64,000 nucleotides of DNA from the NCBI GenBank assembly GCA_964016885.1, contig OZ024745.1, forward strand, positions 11,594,001 to 11,658,000, written 5' to 3'. The position numbers were made by a program, and so were the translations under genes. The notes under the pieces were generated by a model. That model was not told the DNA's origin, did not search any database, and worked only from the letters and a program-made list of their open reading frames with translations. Every line of letters begins with the position of its first letter. Position 1 is the stretch's first letter. This DNA comes from Eledone cirrhosa. Its lineage: Eukaryota. Of the stretch, positions 11,481 to 26,189 are shown piece by piece.

Positions 11481-13939
11481 TATATATATATGTAAAAGAA
11501 ATCAAAGAACGCCTACGTACTCATACAATTTTTATTTGCTAACAATGTTACATCCATACCATTGGGCAGGAATCATCAGAGCTTTAAAAATAAAATTACA
11601 ATGCTGAGTATAGGCTCTACCGAGCTTCGTCACATGAACATTAGAAATACAATAGAGGGCAACCAGAGGGAGATCGGAAATGGCGAGTATTGAGAGAGCG
11701 CATAGTGGGGTTGTTATTCAGCACTACAGCTAAATGCAATGGTACAGGCAGATTTTTTTTCAAGATGCAGAAGCACGCGAGGGCACACAAAAGCAAAAAA
11801 TATAAGCAATAGCTAAAATATATAATAATAAAGTAAAAGGAAAGTAATAATATAAAGAGATAAAAAAAATTTTAAAAAAGAAAAAAGAAAAACTTTTTTA
11901 AGGCACACAAAAAACAGAAGATATGCGTTGGTCACTATATATAACAGGTGATTTAGTTCTCCATAACTTAGAGTTATAAAAATACTAAAAGGCTCCCAAG
12001 GTACCTTCAGAAATCCCAATTGGGATTTTATTCCCCTATAGTATACATAATCAAGGTATACTAGTAGGTTACGGAATTATGTGGACCATGGGTGCTATAC
12101 CTGTATATATACATGCACCACATAAATAAATACAGACCAAACACAAGCAAAGCAGGGTTATTGCATGATCAGGCAAAAATGGTTAAGTCGCTAAAAAACA
12201 CACCTCTGGCGAGGAGTCACAACATATTCATATCTACCGAAGAGGTTATAAAGATAGTGGATTATCAGTAGATAGTAATCCGGTCCAGGGTTTACAACAT
12301 ATGTAGATGGTCCTTAAAGTTCAAACCAGTCGGATTTAAACGATCACCAAAACAAAACATCACATATAGTAACATGCGATACAGGTTGAATACATGCATC
12401 TAAAAAATCCCCACGTGTTCAAAATCCCAATCGTGAGGCACAATGTATCCGAGTCGCAGCTCCGGATTCTGTACAACCAAATTCACCACACCCAATCCAG
12501 CCGCAATACATCAAGATAATGCCAGGTTAAGCGTAGCAGTAATACACTGTTGGCCAATACAGCACGTGGACTAACAATCTATACAAAATAGAAAATAACA
12601 CAAAGTGCTCAAATCAGTAAATCTACCAGGTACCCCAATATGTCCATTAGGTGGGGTCATACCCAAATAGGTATATAAAAATTATCTAAGACAGCTTACA
12701 TACCAAGCGGAGATTTAGGAATTCTGCTCCATCAAAAATAAACACACGCTACTTCATTCTTCACCACTATGTGCAAAACACATCAATAAATGACGTAAAA
12801 GGCAGACACAGGTCACGTCTTCCTCACCGCTACGGGTATATACACATCATTTCATGACGTAGCATTTACATACGGAGTGTTACTCCCTCCAATCACCAAG
12901 TTACGACGTTACAGTGGTAAAGAAAGGGGGGGGGGGACTAATCTAACGTGTTAACTATAAGGCTATTTAATTCGAACAGTCACCAGAAATTTAAATTTTA
13001 ATCACCAACTAAATAATCGTACTAATTCAACAATATTTGTACAAAAAAAACTATATTAATATTAATTATTAATGGACCTCCAGGATATTCAAGTGTTATT
13101 GAATCGTTGTTATCTTATGATATGACAATAAGCCCAGGGATAGCTATACTAATTCTAATATAGGGAGTGTAGTTAAACAGATAGTATAAAAAATAGTATA
13201 AAAATAGGTTCTATGGTAAAGGGAACTCTAATTATCCTAAGGTGCAAGCACCGTGTCTCCAACCCCGGTACGAGCCACATAATTGCCAATATGGGGAGCG
13301 GGCAGTGTACTTAAGTCCCGTAATAGGGAGGGCCAAACTATAGAACTAGATACACCTAAATGGGTCTGTAGGTCTAATCCAATGGGGTTAGTAGTAGAAT
13401 TACCCTCTTCGTAATGGCAATGTGCTGCCATATATGATACAGTATCATTCACCATCAAGTAGGGACAATATTTAGGACGTTATGCCAACGATCAGGGACC
13501 AGAAGCTAAACGAAATAAAAAATAAACACAAAAGAATCCAAAGCCCAAGTTTGGGCAAGGCGTATACTCATACATAACAGACCTTCGAGTTGGGGGCTGA
13601 TGGGTTGTGTCATTACCCGACCACGGTGGCTGGTGGCTATAGGGAAGCCACGAAATGAACGTCCCATGGTGGTCACCCCTGGGAATCTAGACTTTCACAC
13701 CTTGGGTCGGGAAAACCGGAGATCAACCGATCATCATGCAACATGCAAATGCAATGGAACAGAAGGCCCCAATTTTCCTACAAACCTACAAACTGAGGGA
13801 GGTCCACAGGAGGGGAAGGTAGTTGGTTAAGGAAATAGGAATAATGATGCGGAAAGTTAAGAAAGTGCTACAGGGGTACTTAATGAGGGGGCGAGTTAAC
13901 CATCAGCAAATCTAAGTAATTGGCTTAAAGTGGTAGAAG

Positions 13940-16080
13940 GAATTAAGATTCCTTTGTATACAAGAAGAAAATATCTCAGATTTCCTATTAAGCAGGTTAC
14001 ATCTAGAGTATATTATGGCGTGAGACTCTAGAAGGCATAGGTTACAAGTTTTGCTCGGGGGGGGGGGGGGGGGCAGTAGGGCGTAGATTTAGTCACCAAT
14101 CTTCAAAAAAGGGTATAATCGATATTATCATTTTTTTTATAAAATGAACATATTTAGCTAGGGAGGTGGCATTCTTGAGCCTATCGTATTTAAATGTATA
14201 TTTGTGGGAGTTGTATCTAGTCTTAAACGAGGTGGAAATAGAGCCCACATATGTTTTGGTGGAGGTTGCAGTTACAACATCACATGCATAAAATATGTTT
14301 CTCACGAGGCATTTGCCCTTCAAAGGGCAATTTACATTCAGTCTACAATTACAATTTCGGTGTATGTTGCTGTTCGTGTCCCGGGAGGGCCTGTTGGTAA
14401 GACCTTCCCGATATGGTATATGTTCTTCAGAGGTGTTGCCACCAAACCCAGGCTCCTCATTTAATGTGTTAGGTTGTTGGTGGTCAATTATAGAATTGAT
14501 TGTGTCGAAATCAGCTCTAATTTTCCTATTATTAGTGCGTGCTAGGTGGTAGGCCAAGTTTGGGGTAGTGGAGTAAGATAATTTAATCGTATTTTTATTA
14601 AATATACTATGGTATCTACTGCCAGGTGGGAAATTCCTTTCTAGGATTAAGAAGAAGGCTTTGGGTATGTTAGTTAAGACTTCCGACTTGTAGGGTGGGT
14701 TAAAGTATGTGTTCAGTCTTCTATTTTTTCTATATTTTCTATTATTCCCCACAGGAGTCAGGTGAAAGTTAGAAGTACCAATACCCCTACCGCCGTCAAT
14801 ATTATTTCCGCGATATACTTGCTGTGAAACTCTCGCATTACTTAGGTCACCACTCCCATACAAACTACGATGTTTATATACTCTAGATCTGATCATACCG
14901 CTATTATTGCCACCAGCAGGAATATGGGGAGGATGTACAACAGGGCCATTCCGTCTGGGTCGGGCCGAACCAATCACCGTATGGGTCCTATCCCTACTCC
15001 TATTACTATTACTATTATTATTCACAGATATATTGTGCGTAATTATATTATTAGGTCCAGCATGAGTGGATTGGGAGCTAATAGGTATGTAAAATAGTTT
15101 ATTCATATATCCGGACCTTGCTAGTGCTTTATTTAATATTCAACATTTGAGTTTAAAATGTCTTCATTACAAGATAAGAGGCTAATTCTATTAGATACGC
15201 CTTTAATAATTGCATTTAATACTGATTGAGGATGGTTTGAATTGGCATTCACATATGTCAGTCTCTCATTAGGTTTATGATAAGGTGTGAAGATCTTATT
15301 TTCTAGGTCAAGTGTTACATCTAATAAATTCACTGTTCTATTATTCTTATCTATAGTGATGCTAAGGTTAAAACCTTTAAAGAATTTACGTACGTCATTC
15401 TTTGTCCTTTCAATGTTATATTTTTTATGCTCACGGGTGAGGCGGGCATCGTCATGGTATAAGCCACCGCGAAGATATGAAGTGCTTTGTGCAGCTCATG
15501 AAGTAGGTAAATTCCAACCAAATCGGTGACCTGTGCAGAGTCGCCGGATCCCATTGTGATATCAAAGTTGTTAGTCGTGTTCTTCCGGGTCCATAATTGC
15601 TCCTCAAATAGGATTAAAGTTTTACGTGCGGCAAGAACGATATCAATTTGGGATCTGGTTAGATCACTATTCTGCATGGCCAGGATTAGGACCTTGTTCA
15701 AAAGGATGGGGGATATAGATGTGTAATACGAATCAATATCAAATTGGACGAACATAAGGGATTTATGGTTACTAATGCTGGAGAACCATTGAATCATTCC
15801 TCCGTATTCCCCCACAGTTTAAGGTAAATTTTATTTCTAATTACTGGAATGACTCCATCTAGAATCTTCTTACTTATGATCCCAATGTCCGATTTAGATG
15901 GGAAAATCAATCTAACAGAGGGGTTGCTAATAAAGTCTTCCTTGTTATCTTTTAGTGTAAATCTAGTTTGCTTAGGGGTGAATGGTTGGGTATACTTATC
16001 TAGTTTTAATTTTCTAACAATATCGAGGCCCTCCTTATTTATTTCATCCAGGTTAGTGTAGGTTGTCTTTTTATAGTTCT
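13940..16080 (-). pseudogene. PLE reverse transcriptase plus GIY-YIG endonuclease, frameshifted
   Basis: TLKDNKEDF..RLIFPSKSDIG, FDIDSYYTSI, FDITMGSGDSAQVTDLVG, GGLYHDD, NLLDVTLDL, SNHP, YFNPPY, CNCR..CPLKGKCL, IFY...YVG..FKTRYNSH, CNLCLLE..LLNRKSE. Confidence 0.9.
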
Positions 16081-16085
16081 TATTG

Positions 16086-16158
16086 TAATTTTATTTTTAA
16101 AGCTCTGATGATTCCTGCCCAATGGTATGGATGAAACATTGTTAGCAAATAAAAATTG
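16086..16158 (+). ncRNA. Hammerhead ribozyme in the inverted pLTR
   Basis: GCT-CTGATGA-T TCC TGCC caat GGTA T GGA T-GAAA-CATTG-TT-AGC, plus a distal AT-rich stem I. The partner copy (11527-11598, minus strand) has GAAA changed to GTAA. Confidence 0.85.
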
Positions 16159-17039
16159 TATGATTATGTAGGCGTTCTTTGATTTCTTTTACATATAACG
16201 GCTCTGTTCTTGTACAATACTGTCATAAATACGACACGGTGCAGGTGCGTTTATGCGCACACGCTCAGTGGTCTAAGTTTTTATATATAAATATATATAT
16301 ATATACATTTATGTTTAGGTTGTGCCTTGAAATCAATTAGTTTTAACCCGATATACATATACATCGTATAGGTATTGGCTGTAGTGACATACAGTGTGTT
16401 TGGACATTTTAAAAACCTGTTAGATCCGATTCCTTCTCCTAGTCTGAACACAGCCGATTTCTTCCAAAGAAAGAGGAGAGAGAGAGAGTGGGGGAGGGTG
16501 AAAGGAAGTGAGGAAGATATAGAAGAAGAATCGAATCCAATAGAGAACTGGTACATTTTTATCGATCTCGAAATTAGGAACGATCAAGTTTACCTTGGTG
16601 CAGGGGGTGGTGACTAAGAGCGAAAAGAACTGAAACAAATATCGCAAAACATTTAATCCTGTCTTCTAACGACTCTGCCAATTCGTCGCCGACACCCTAC
16701 ATTTTACTTAAGCTGTGATCTTAATTGCAACACCTACACCATAACGTCTAACACATAAAGCTGTAAAACTTCTATCTTTTATACCACCGTCACTACTAAC
16801 GAGAACAATCTATGCAGCCACAGAAAATCAACAAAGGAACTTCTATGTAATCACTGGAATTGCTAGAAACATCTTCTGACAAAATGGCCGTTAAATCACA
16901 CCATATAGTCTTCAAACAGAAGATATATGGAAGACTAAATAGGGTAAGATCAGATACACGATGTTTGATAAAATACATGATGTTTATAAGTTGAACATTT
17001 CTTATCATACATGTACTAAATCATGACTAGCCTAGGGCT

Positions 17040-17620
17040 ATACAACACGGCATAATGGGTTGCATCCATTTTTTATTATGCTGGCTTGATAATTTTTTGT
17101 TGGCAGACACTGATCTTGTACTGATATAATCAGTCCTTCAGTCTCCGATTTCAGTCCAGAGGATGCCAACCACTGATGGGTTAAAGTTTTGTCAACATCA
17201 GGATTGTTAGCTCTTTCTGGGTATTTTCCATACAGAGGCTTTTCTTGCCATTTCTTAGCCAGTTTCTGTAGCAGTTCTTTCTTTGCAGTTACTTTTACCT
17301 GCTTTGCTTTTTCTGTTTTTCATTGCAGCAGTAAATAGAACTTCTGAAATTTGTAGTTCATTACTGTATCTTTGTGCATCTTTTGTAATGGAGTATGATC
17401 TTTTGATGCTCTCATGTTTCAAAACGAGTTCGATCATCCAATTATGTGATTCCCTTAGATATGTAGATAATCCAATTGCTGCAGTTTTCAAAGCAATATC
17501 TAACTGGATTAACCCACGTCCTCCTTCTTTCCTAGGGAGATATATGCTATCTGTATCTGCCTTAGGGTGATGCATTCTGTGCATGGTTAAGAATTTTCTA
17601 ATATTTGTATCGAGCCTTTT
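17040..17620 (-). mobile_element. R4/Dong-type LINE fragment (post-RT region)
   Basis: MHHPKADTDSIYLPRKEGGRGLIQL, WQEKPLYGKYP, HQWLASSGLKSETEGLI, and PLCRV zinc-knuckle start. Confidence 0.8.
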
Positions 17621-17734
17621 TAAACGACATTCCTTGAAGTTTATTTAACTTATCCATAAATTTAGAAACTAAAATTTAAAATATAAATACCTAAAAACCA
17701 TATTTCAACAATTTAAATATGGGATAAAATGATT

Positions 17735-17925
17735 GTTTCTACTTTTGGCACAAGGCCAGCAATTATCCCAGTGTATTACAGGCACTTTATTTTATCGGCC
17801 CCGTAAGGATGAACGGCAAAGTTAACCTCGGCGGGATTTGAACTCAGAATGGCAAGGGCCGTATCTCCATGCGTCAAAGCATGGCGCCTGACCCTCTACC
17901 GATACTGCCAATCCACCGTCCTTGA
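17735..17925 (-). mobile_element. Nin/Deu-like SINE copy
   Basis: Reverse complement of the 43540-43715 copy. Confidence 0.75.
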
Positions 17926-19280
17926 TATAGGATTAAATAATGAAATCTGTGTTTAAATATACTTCTTCACATTCAGTTGTTCAATTTTCATCGACATTTG
18001 GGCTAATATGACAGGATATTGTTTAGCGTTGAGGGCTGTGAGGTGGTAGAATCAGTAGAGCATCGGAGAATATAATTTGTGGTAGTTCTTCTTTCTATGC
18101 CACATCATGTCTGATGGTTGGTAAATATGTAATGAGCAGTTATGACACATGTACGTATGTATGTGGGTATGTGTGTGTGTATGTATGTGGGTATGTGTGT
18201 AAGTATGTATGTAGTGTTTATATGTGTGTGTGTTTATGATTGCATGTATCGTCTGCGTCTGTGTATGTATGTGGGTATATGTGTAAGTATGTAGATATGT
18301 AGTGTTATTTTCCTACACGGAGCCTCGTTAGCATTATACCAAACACTATCCTGGGGTCCCCCACATGGGGTTGGTGGGTCCCCTTGCCGTATTTAATTAC
18401 AACTTTCTAGGTTCAGGATTCAAATCCTGCCGAGGATAACTTTGCCTTTAATTCTTGAGGCTTTGATAAACTATCAGATAAATAAGATCGATATAATCTA
18501 CTTTTACCTTTCCCACAAATTACTGGCCTGGTACCAATGTTAGAATTGATTTGGGATTTTAAAGAAAACTGATTCATTAAACTGATAGTGCTTTTGTTAG
18601 CAGTGGTGGGCTATAACTACTAAAAGGTTACTAGTATGACTAGGTAACATGTAGAGATATTTACCACAACACATGTAGTAGTATTGACTGTATTACAGGT
18701 AAAATGGTGATTAAAATAACTTTTCATAATAAGTGTTACATAATTCTGAAATTTCGATTAGAAATTTAGATATATATAGGGGATTATTGAGAGATTTTAA
18801 CTCGACATTTTACTTGGGAAAAAAAGAAAGAAAATTTTTTTGATCAAATCAACGACCTTTAAATTTAGAATAAAAGAAATCTTCAAAAAACAGCATACTT
18901 AAACGGTTTTATAAAACTAATTTAGATTATTTCCAAGAATGTTATTTTTTCTACTTGCATTACTACATTTTGTATATTTAAATTTTGACTAAAAACAAGT
19001 CAAAGACTTCTTTTTACGAGTCTAGGAAAACATCGAAAAATGTGAAGAAATCTTTGATAGATTACATTTGACATGTTCGCTTTCGTTGTTTTATTTTAGT
19101 TCGTTCTATAAAACGTTGTTTTATTTGAACTCAGAACATAAAGGGTCGTAACTAAAAGCCGACACTCCACCGACTCTACTGTTAATCCACTGCCCCTAAC
19201 ACACCCTTGAAATAATGGTTTCTGATTTAAGCAATTTTTGGGGAGGGGCAAGTCGATAAATCGGCCCTAGTGCATTACTG

Positions 19281-19334
<54 letters not shown>

Positions 19335-19413
19335 ACTTATTGTAACCCAAATTGATTTTTCATTACTTAAGGGCAATGGTTTAGCAGTAGAATCGGTCGG
19401 ACAACACACACAC

Positions 19414-19444
<31 letters not shown>

Positions 19445-19448
<4 letters not shown>

Positions 19449-19570
19449 AGTTACGATTTTAGGAATGTGATTGGGACTACATGGATGAGGAAACCACGAT
19501 CCAGAGAGGAATGGACGTCGTGCTGTGACCAGCGGCGCCGAATGGACACCCGACAGACTGGTCGGTCAAG

Positions 19571-19574
<4 letters not shown>
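19445..19574 (+). mobile_element. Extreme 3' end of a probable RTE-type LINE in (TA)n; second copy at 58318-58440
   Basis: Both copies share TGTGACCAGCGGCGCCGAATGGAC..CGACAGACTGGTCG.TCAAGGTGA, with a tandem (TCAAGGTGA)n tail in the second copy. Confidence 0.55.
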
Positions 19575-19659
<85 letters not shown>

Positions 19660-19664
19660 GTTCT

Positions 19665-22600
19665 TCTGGTTTTATAATTTCACAAAGTTTTCCCAATAGA
19701 GAGAGAGTCAGTTTCTAACAAAGACACAAGACTCTTTTATTCAAATTTACACAACTTCAACTAGGTAGATATGTATGTCTGTCTGCATGTGTAGATATGG
19801 ATGTTATTGTATGTGTGTATGTGTATGTTTTTAGTTGTATGTGTGCATGTGTATATGCTTTGTATCTGTACATGTGTATATGCAGTTATTAGATGCAAAA
19901 GTTTTGGAATGTTTTACATATTTTTACTGTTCCATTAATGGATTGTACTTGTAATTTCCTAACTAGTTGTGTTCTTTCTGTTCCTGTGAAGCCTAGCTTC
20001 TCAAGATTTGTATTGAGGCAGTTACTAACATACCCTAGTCCCCCAATAACCACAGGCATAAATCTGAAGGTGTAATCAGTTCTGCATAAATATTCTCCTT
20101 TTCGCTAATCTTTGATATTATATTGGCATCTGCTGGGCAGCTAATTTACACTACTGTGCATGCTTTCTTCTCCCTGTCCCATATCATAATATCTGGTCTG
20201 TTATGCCTGCATTTTATTGGGGTTTTTACTGGAACAATCCACCAGTACTCTTTCATATTATGTACGTGGATGTCTTCCACATTGCTGTAGCTTTTAATGT
20301 GTTTATTGTCGGGGCTATCTTTTTTACGGACTGTATTGTACAGTGTTTTGGCCACTACATCATGCCTAATAGGTAGATAGTACCGCGATGACATCTTTGG
20401 ACAGCTGCTGATGACATGGGTGATATCCTCGTCTCTTTTGGGAATCAGGTATTTCGTGTTAATCTACTGTTCTTGGATGGCAAAAGAGTATCCTTCAAAG
20501 TGGGAGCCAATATAGCGGTTGTTGGTCCAAGATAGACTACTTATCTTATTATATCTATATTACTCTCATTCTGGAGCTCCCTGGCAACATATCCATGCAT
20601 GATTTTTTGCTGATAAGCATGCAGTTTTTCATCCATGGATTCACTGCGATACTGCTGAGCGACTTCCCTGGTGAGATTTTGATTATCACACAGGGAATAT
20701 CTCTCGAGGAGTTCCTTCCCAACTCTCATGATCTTATCTGTTTCATGCAGATAGACTTGATCGAGAGGCGGGCTCCTACGCTTCGAGGTTCGTAGATGTC
20801 GGAGGGATATGATGTGACATTCAAATGCTGTCTGAACTGATGTTAGGCCTCTGCCTCCCTGCTTACGTTTCAAGTAAAGGCGGTCTATGTCACTGTTGAT
20901 GTGGAAGTTTCCGGTGTTGTTTAGTATTTTTCGAGTTCCAACATCAACTGCTCGGATTTTGTCTATTGTCCAATTGAGTATTCCAAACGTTGGTGTTAGG
21001 ACAGACACAGCAAGCACATTGTGAGCCACTGTTTTGTTTTGCGCAGAGAGTTGAGAGAGTTCCGATGACCAAATCTTTCTTAATCGGGTGTAGTATTCCC
21101 TGGTTATGCGTTCCTTATTACAGATACCATTATAGGATATGTTCTCATCTATCCCCAGGTATCTGTAGTGGTCCTCATAAGATATCAGTGAAACAGTTAG
21201 GCCATTGATGAAAATGTTGCTAGATTGGGTTGTTGTTTTTTCCCGCTTTACAGTCATGTATGAGCATTTATCTTGGCCAAACTCCATTCCTATATCCTTT
21301 GAGAATGTTGTAACCAGGTCAAGATTTTTCTTCATCCCATCCATCTTCTTGGCATAGAGTTTCAGATCGTCCACAAAGAAATTATGGGTTAGGTTCGTAT
21401 TTCTGTTCTCCTGCGAGCCAATAATGTATCCCTCACATTTCTTGAGCAGAAAGGACAAGGGGTTTAATGACAAGATGAATAATATCACAGAGAGACTGTC
21501 CCCCTGAAATATACCCCTGCGATATTTTATTTTATCAGTGAAAATAGAGTCCCCCCCCCTCTCTGTCTTTAACCTTATAATAGTAGCCCAAGAAGAAGAC
21601 AGCTTCTCTATGACTCTGACAATAATGTCTGGGACTTTAGCAAGTTGGAGGGCCTCTATCATCCAAGAGTAGGGAACAGAATCGAAAGCTTTCCTGTAGT
21701 CCAGCCAGACTGTAGCCATATTCCTCCTAAGTTGTCACACCTCCGACATCGCAGTTTTGTTGGTTAGGAGTTGTTCAGCACATCCCAAACCCCTTTCTTT
21801 CCAGCTGCTTGTTCATCTGTGATGATGTTATTATTTTCACAGTGATCTTGGAGGAATAGGTTCAGGCAGGCTGTATACATCTTATACATCAGGTTCGGGC
21901 ATGCAATGGGTCGATAGTTTTTTGCCAAGTGGGTTTCTTTGTTCTTGGGGACCAGTAATGTTTGTGCTAATGTCAACCATTCTGGTTGAAATTCTTCTTT
22001 TCACCCCATATTTTGCTCCAAAAGGAATCTATATCTTTCTGGGATGGGCCTCAGTGACACTTATTATTTTGTTCGTCATATCTCTATAGACTGATGTTTG
22101 GTTTCGTCTGAATGTTTTATTAAGCACTTTTCTCTCATCTACCTTCTTCAGGTATCGGCGTTTTTTGCTAACAGCTCTCAATTTTTGTTTGAGGATGATC
22201 AGCTTATATTGAAGAGTTCTGTTTCTACTGTTACCAAACATCGTCTCTATTTTATTTGTCACTCTTTGTTGGTGAGGAGTGAGGTTTTTTTGTGTTTGTT
22301 TGCATGTAAGGAGCATTGTCACATATCCTATGGTTTTTCGTAGGTCAGCAATCTTTTTTTCTATTTTAGTTATATACGATGGTATTTTTGGTGGTGCTTT
22401 GTTCTTGTTAATATCTCTGCTATCACCAAGATAATGCTTCACTGTCGTTGCTAAGGCATATAAACAGGCGTTGATTTGCCAAAATGTTGGGGTTTTTATC
22501 CGTCGTAAATATTCATCCCTATTTCGTCAATAACACGTAATATTTCATTATTTGTTTTTTTATTAAACATTGTCGTTTTAATACGTTCAGCAAGAGAGAT

Positions 22601-23290
22601 ATTTATACATGAGTTAATTTCTTTCTGGAAGATTTCGTTGAGGGAAAATTTCAATTGTTTATACTTTTGATTATTATCATTATCGATAGTATTTTCCACA
22701 ACAGTCGAGGTAGACTCGGATGGTACACGTGGTGTCAAATTTCTTCGATTATTATTATTATTATTATTTCTTCGATTATTATTATTATGGATAGTGTTTT
22801 CCCCAGCATTCGAGGTAGACTTAGATGGTACAGGTGGTGTCAAGTTTCTTACAGGCATAGTTGTTTCAAGGCACTGTTCGACCTGGCTGCTAGGAAGTCT
22901 AGTAGCATGGCGACCTGTAGCACGTGTTGTTGATAACATGTTTGTTGTGGGGGACTTACATCTAATAATATTTATCTTATTTTTACGTTTAACAAATGTC
23001 GCTTGTTGGAGTAATTGTTTCGCTGTGAAATAATTTAGCTCTGGGTGCATTTCGTCCCAGTGTAGCTTCATTCTATTCATATAGCCAATGGAGGGATTGT
23101 TTTTTTGCCATTTTATAACAATTAAATAAATCATTATTAAGTTCGCAACTCCAAGAGAAATGCGATTTATAATTTCGGTTTCTTATGTAGCTACAACTGA
23201 ATAAAGTTTGTTTACCTTTCTTGTTGTTTGTCTTCGATACTTCCTTAATTTTGTTCTTGATGTTGTGTTCAGCCATGCTGTTTGTAGCAA
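19665..23290 (-). mobile_element. Near full-length decayed R4/Dong-type LINE (RT plus restriction-like endonuclease)
   Basis: N-terminal W..ELN..L..CY / GYMNRM..HW; NYRPIAC; WLDYRKAFDSVP; RGIFQGDSLS; FFVDDLKLY; YRYLGI; DRLYLKRKQGGRGL; RHDVVAK; HNRPDI. Several frameshifts. Confidence 0.9.
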
Positions 23291-23853
23291 ATCCTTGTAA
23301 AATGAATTATGTATTTAGTCGGATATCTCTACGAATTCGAATAAAAGGTGTCTTCAGAAGATATAGATAGAAGAATAACCAGTTATTCAACATGACTGTA
23401 GTCGTGGCATTACTGTCGGAGATTGTATTCATCTTAAATTTAATAAAGTCTCCCACGCCAAAATATGCGACTGATCGCCTTGACTGTATGTATGTTTGTA
23501 TGTATGCGTGTGTGTTTGTTTTTTTCTCCCTTATATTGGAAGCCATTTCTTTGGCAGTTTGTGTGACGTGCGGAGTTTGTTTATTTGAAACTGTTATCCT
23601 GGTTAACTTTAGCAATTGTTGACTTAAACCTCAGCAGTTAAGATAAGCTTCAACGACAGACATTGTAGCTAATGTCATTGTAATACAGACGTCCTATTTA
23701 AGAAAGTATAAAAGAAAAGAAGAAATAAAATATGAAGGCGAGAAAATATATTAAAGAAAATATTTAAAATAAAATGAACAGTGAACAAATGTAAGCGAAA
23801 CTAAAGGGGATAAGTAAAAGAAAGAAAGAGAGAGAGAGAGGGAGAGGGAGAGG

Positions 23854-23899
<46 letters not shown>

Positions 23900-24336
23900 A
23901 AGAGGGGGGAGAGAGAGAGAGTGATGTATGACAGAAAATTAGAAAGAATTGTGTAAACTAGGAAAAGCAAATAAAGAGGGAAAAAAAGAAAAGAATGTAA
24001 TTTAATGAGTAAAAGAAATGTAAGAGAAAGTTTCGATTGATAACAGAAAAGAAATAAAATTTATTGAATGCTAGAAAATATCCCAGGTCGAAGAGTTAAT
24101 GTGATTTGGAGATAAATCAAAGTCGTTGAAGCAGTAGATATATATGTAGGGGATTTGATGAGAAAATCTGAGAATCGCCTGCGTTGTTCAGTAACAAAGT
24201 GGGTAGCTACCCACAGCATAGTTTTTCTCTCCAATATGATCACTACCGTCGTTCTATCACTGCAGAGGAATGTAATAGCCAAGGTTTAGCAGAGTGTGGC
24301 ACATGACAATATATCTAGCTATCTACCCCCCTCTTT

Positions 24337-24590
<254 letters not shown>

Positions 24591-25751
24591 ATGTGCAGAG
24601 AAATACAAAATAAAAACACAGATAATGGTTGAAGCGCAGTAAGAATGAACAAGTGTAAGATATATAAGAAGGATGAAAGGAAAACAGAGGAAGAAAAACA
24701 AAGGAATTAGAAGGAGGAAGTGAAATGTTAGGAGATAGTTTAGAGAGAGGCAAAGAGGGAAGATGTAAAGAGAAAGAGAGAAGTAAAGTGTAAAGCAGAA
24801 AATTTACTTATTTACCACCACACTATATTGAAAACAGATGGTGGCTTGTAGGTCACGTGACCGGGTGCCCTGTCTAATAAAATCAGAGATTTTGAAATTA
24901 GTGTATTCCTATGGAAACTGTTAGAAATCTTTATAAATAACAATCGTCTGCGTCTTTTGGAGGGAAAGGCGGGGAGAAAGAAAACAAAATGATTATGGCA
25001 AGAAAGAGAAAAATCTGAAGACATGAAAACCAAAGAAAAAGAAAATACAAGGAAAACAAAAACTGAGAAATAAAACTACAAAGACAAAAAAAAAAATAAA
25101 GATGAAGCCAAATGAAATCAATAAGTTAATAAATCAATCAGTTAGAAAAATATGCGTTAGGGCGTAGGTCAAATTTGATAAATATCAGTACAATATATTA
25201 TTATTACATTACGTTACTTTTAAGCCAACTGGCTTGCTTGTTAACAAGCGTGACAAGTAAGTCAACGGGTCGATTTTTACAGATTTTGTATATACACATG
25301 ATTATTTTCATGATTATATGGATGAATATTTGTGGATATATGCGTAAATATACGTTGATATACGAGGATATCTTGTCGGAATCGATTTTTTCCGCTTAGA
25401 CGTTAAAATTAAAGGTTACTCTTACGAACAGATACATGCAGATAAAATATACTGTTGCACATACTAAACTTATGCAATTATGCAGAGAAGATATGTACGA
25501 TGTAACATATATGTATTGATATTGTGTGCCAAGAATTGTCTGTGTGTGATTATGTGAGATTATTTGCATATATATTTACATAAGTAGCTGATATCTAGGT
25601 ACGAAATGACAACTCTATACAATGTGTGTTCTTTGTTTTTTGTATTTATGAATATATATATATATATATATATGCACACAGACACACCCTCATACATACA
25701 TTATAGATATGAATATATAATGAATCCAGAAGCTTACATATATTTTCTACG

Positions 25752-25782
<31 letters not shown>

Positions 25783-26189
25783 ATATGTTTGGGATACTGA
25801 CAGGCACGCGTGTGTACACACACTCACGTGCAGATATACACACATTCACATGCAAATATACACACACACAACTTTGTATTTATTATTTTAGCTGAAAGCT
25901 AAATTATTTAGGAAAGATCGTTTCATCTCAGGAATAGTTGGAATAATGAGAAATGTAAAAAATATATGTTGGGGTGAAATGTGTGGTTAAATGGGGGGGG
26001 GGGGGGTAAATGGTGGGGAAGTGGTGGTGGTGGTGAATTGAGACTCTGAGAAGACTCTGGTATGGAGATGGAAAGATGAATTATACATTTTTTTAAAAAA
26101 TATCATCAAGAAACCTGTCAACATGCTACGTGCCACGGTATATGATATTAAAATAGGAAAATATATAATATAAGGCGGTGCCCCAGCAT

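Larger units (their letters stand above)
11488..16281 (-). mobile_element. Penelope-like element with inverted terminal repeats (pLTR), 5'-truncated and decayed
   Basis: 11488-11602 is the reverse complement of 16082-16196, and there is a unique tail at 16197-16281. The RT/GIY-YIG remnant lies inside, and TA-rich flanks lie on both sides. Confidence 0.9.

Noticed and set aside
24853-24862. GTCACGTGAC E-box palindrome as a promoter element
   Set aside because: It is an isolated short motif with no linked gene or transcript evidence.
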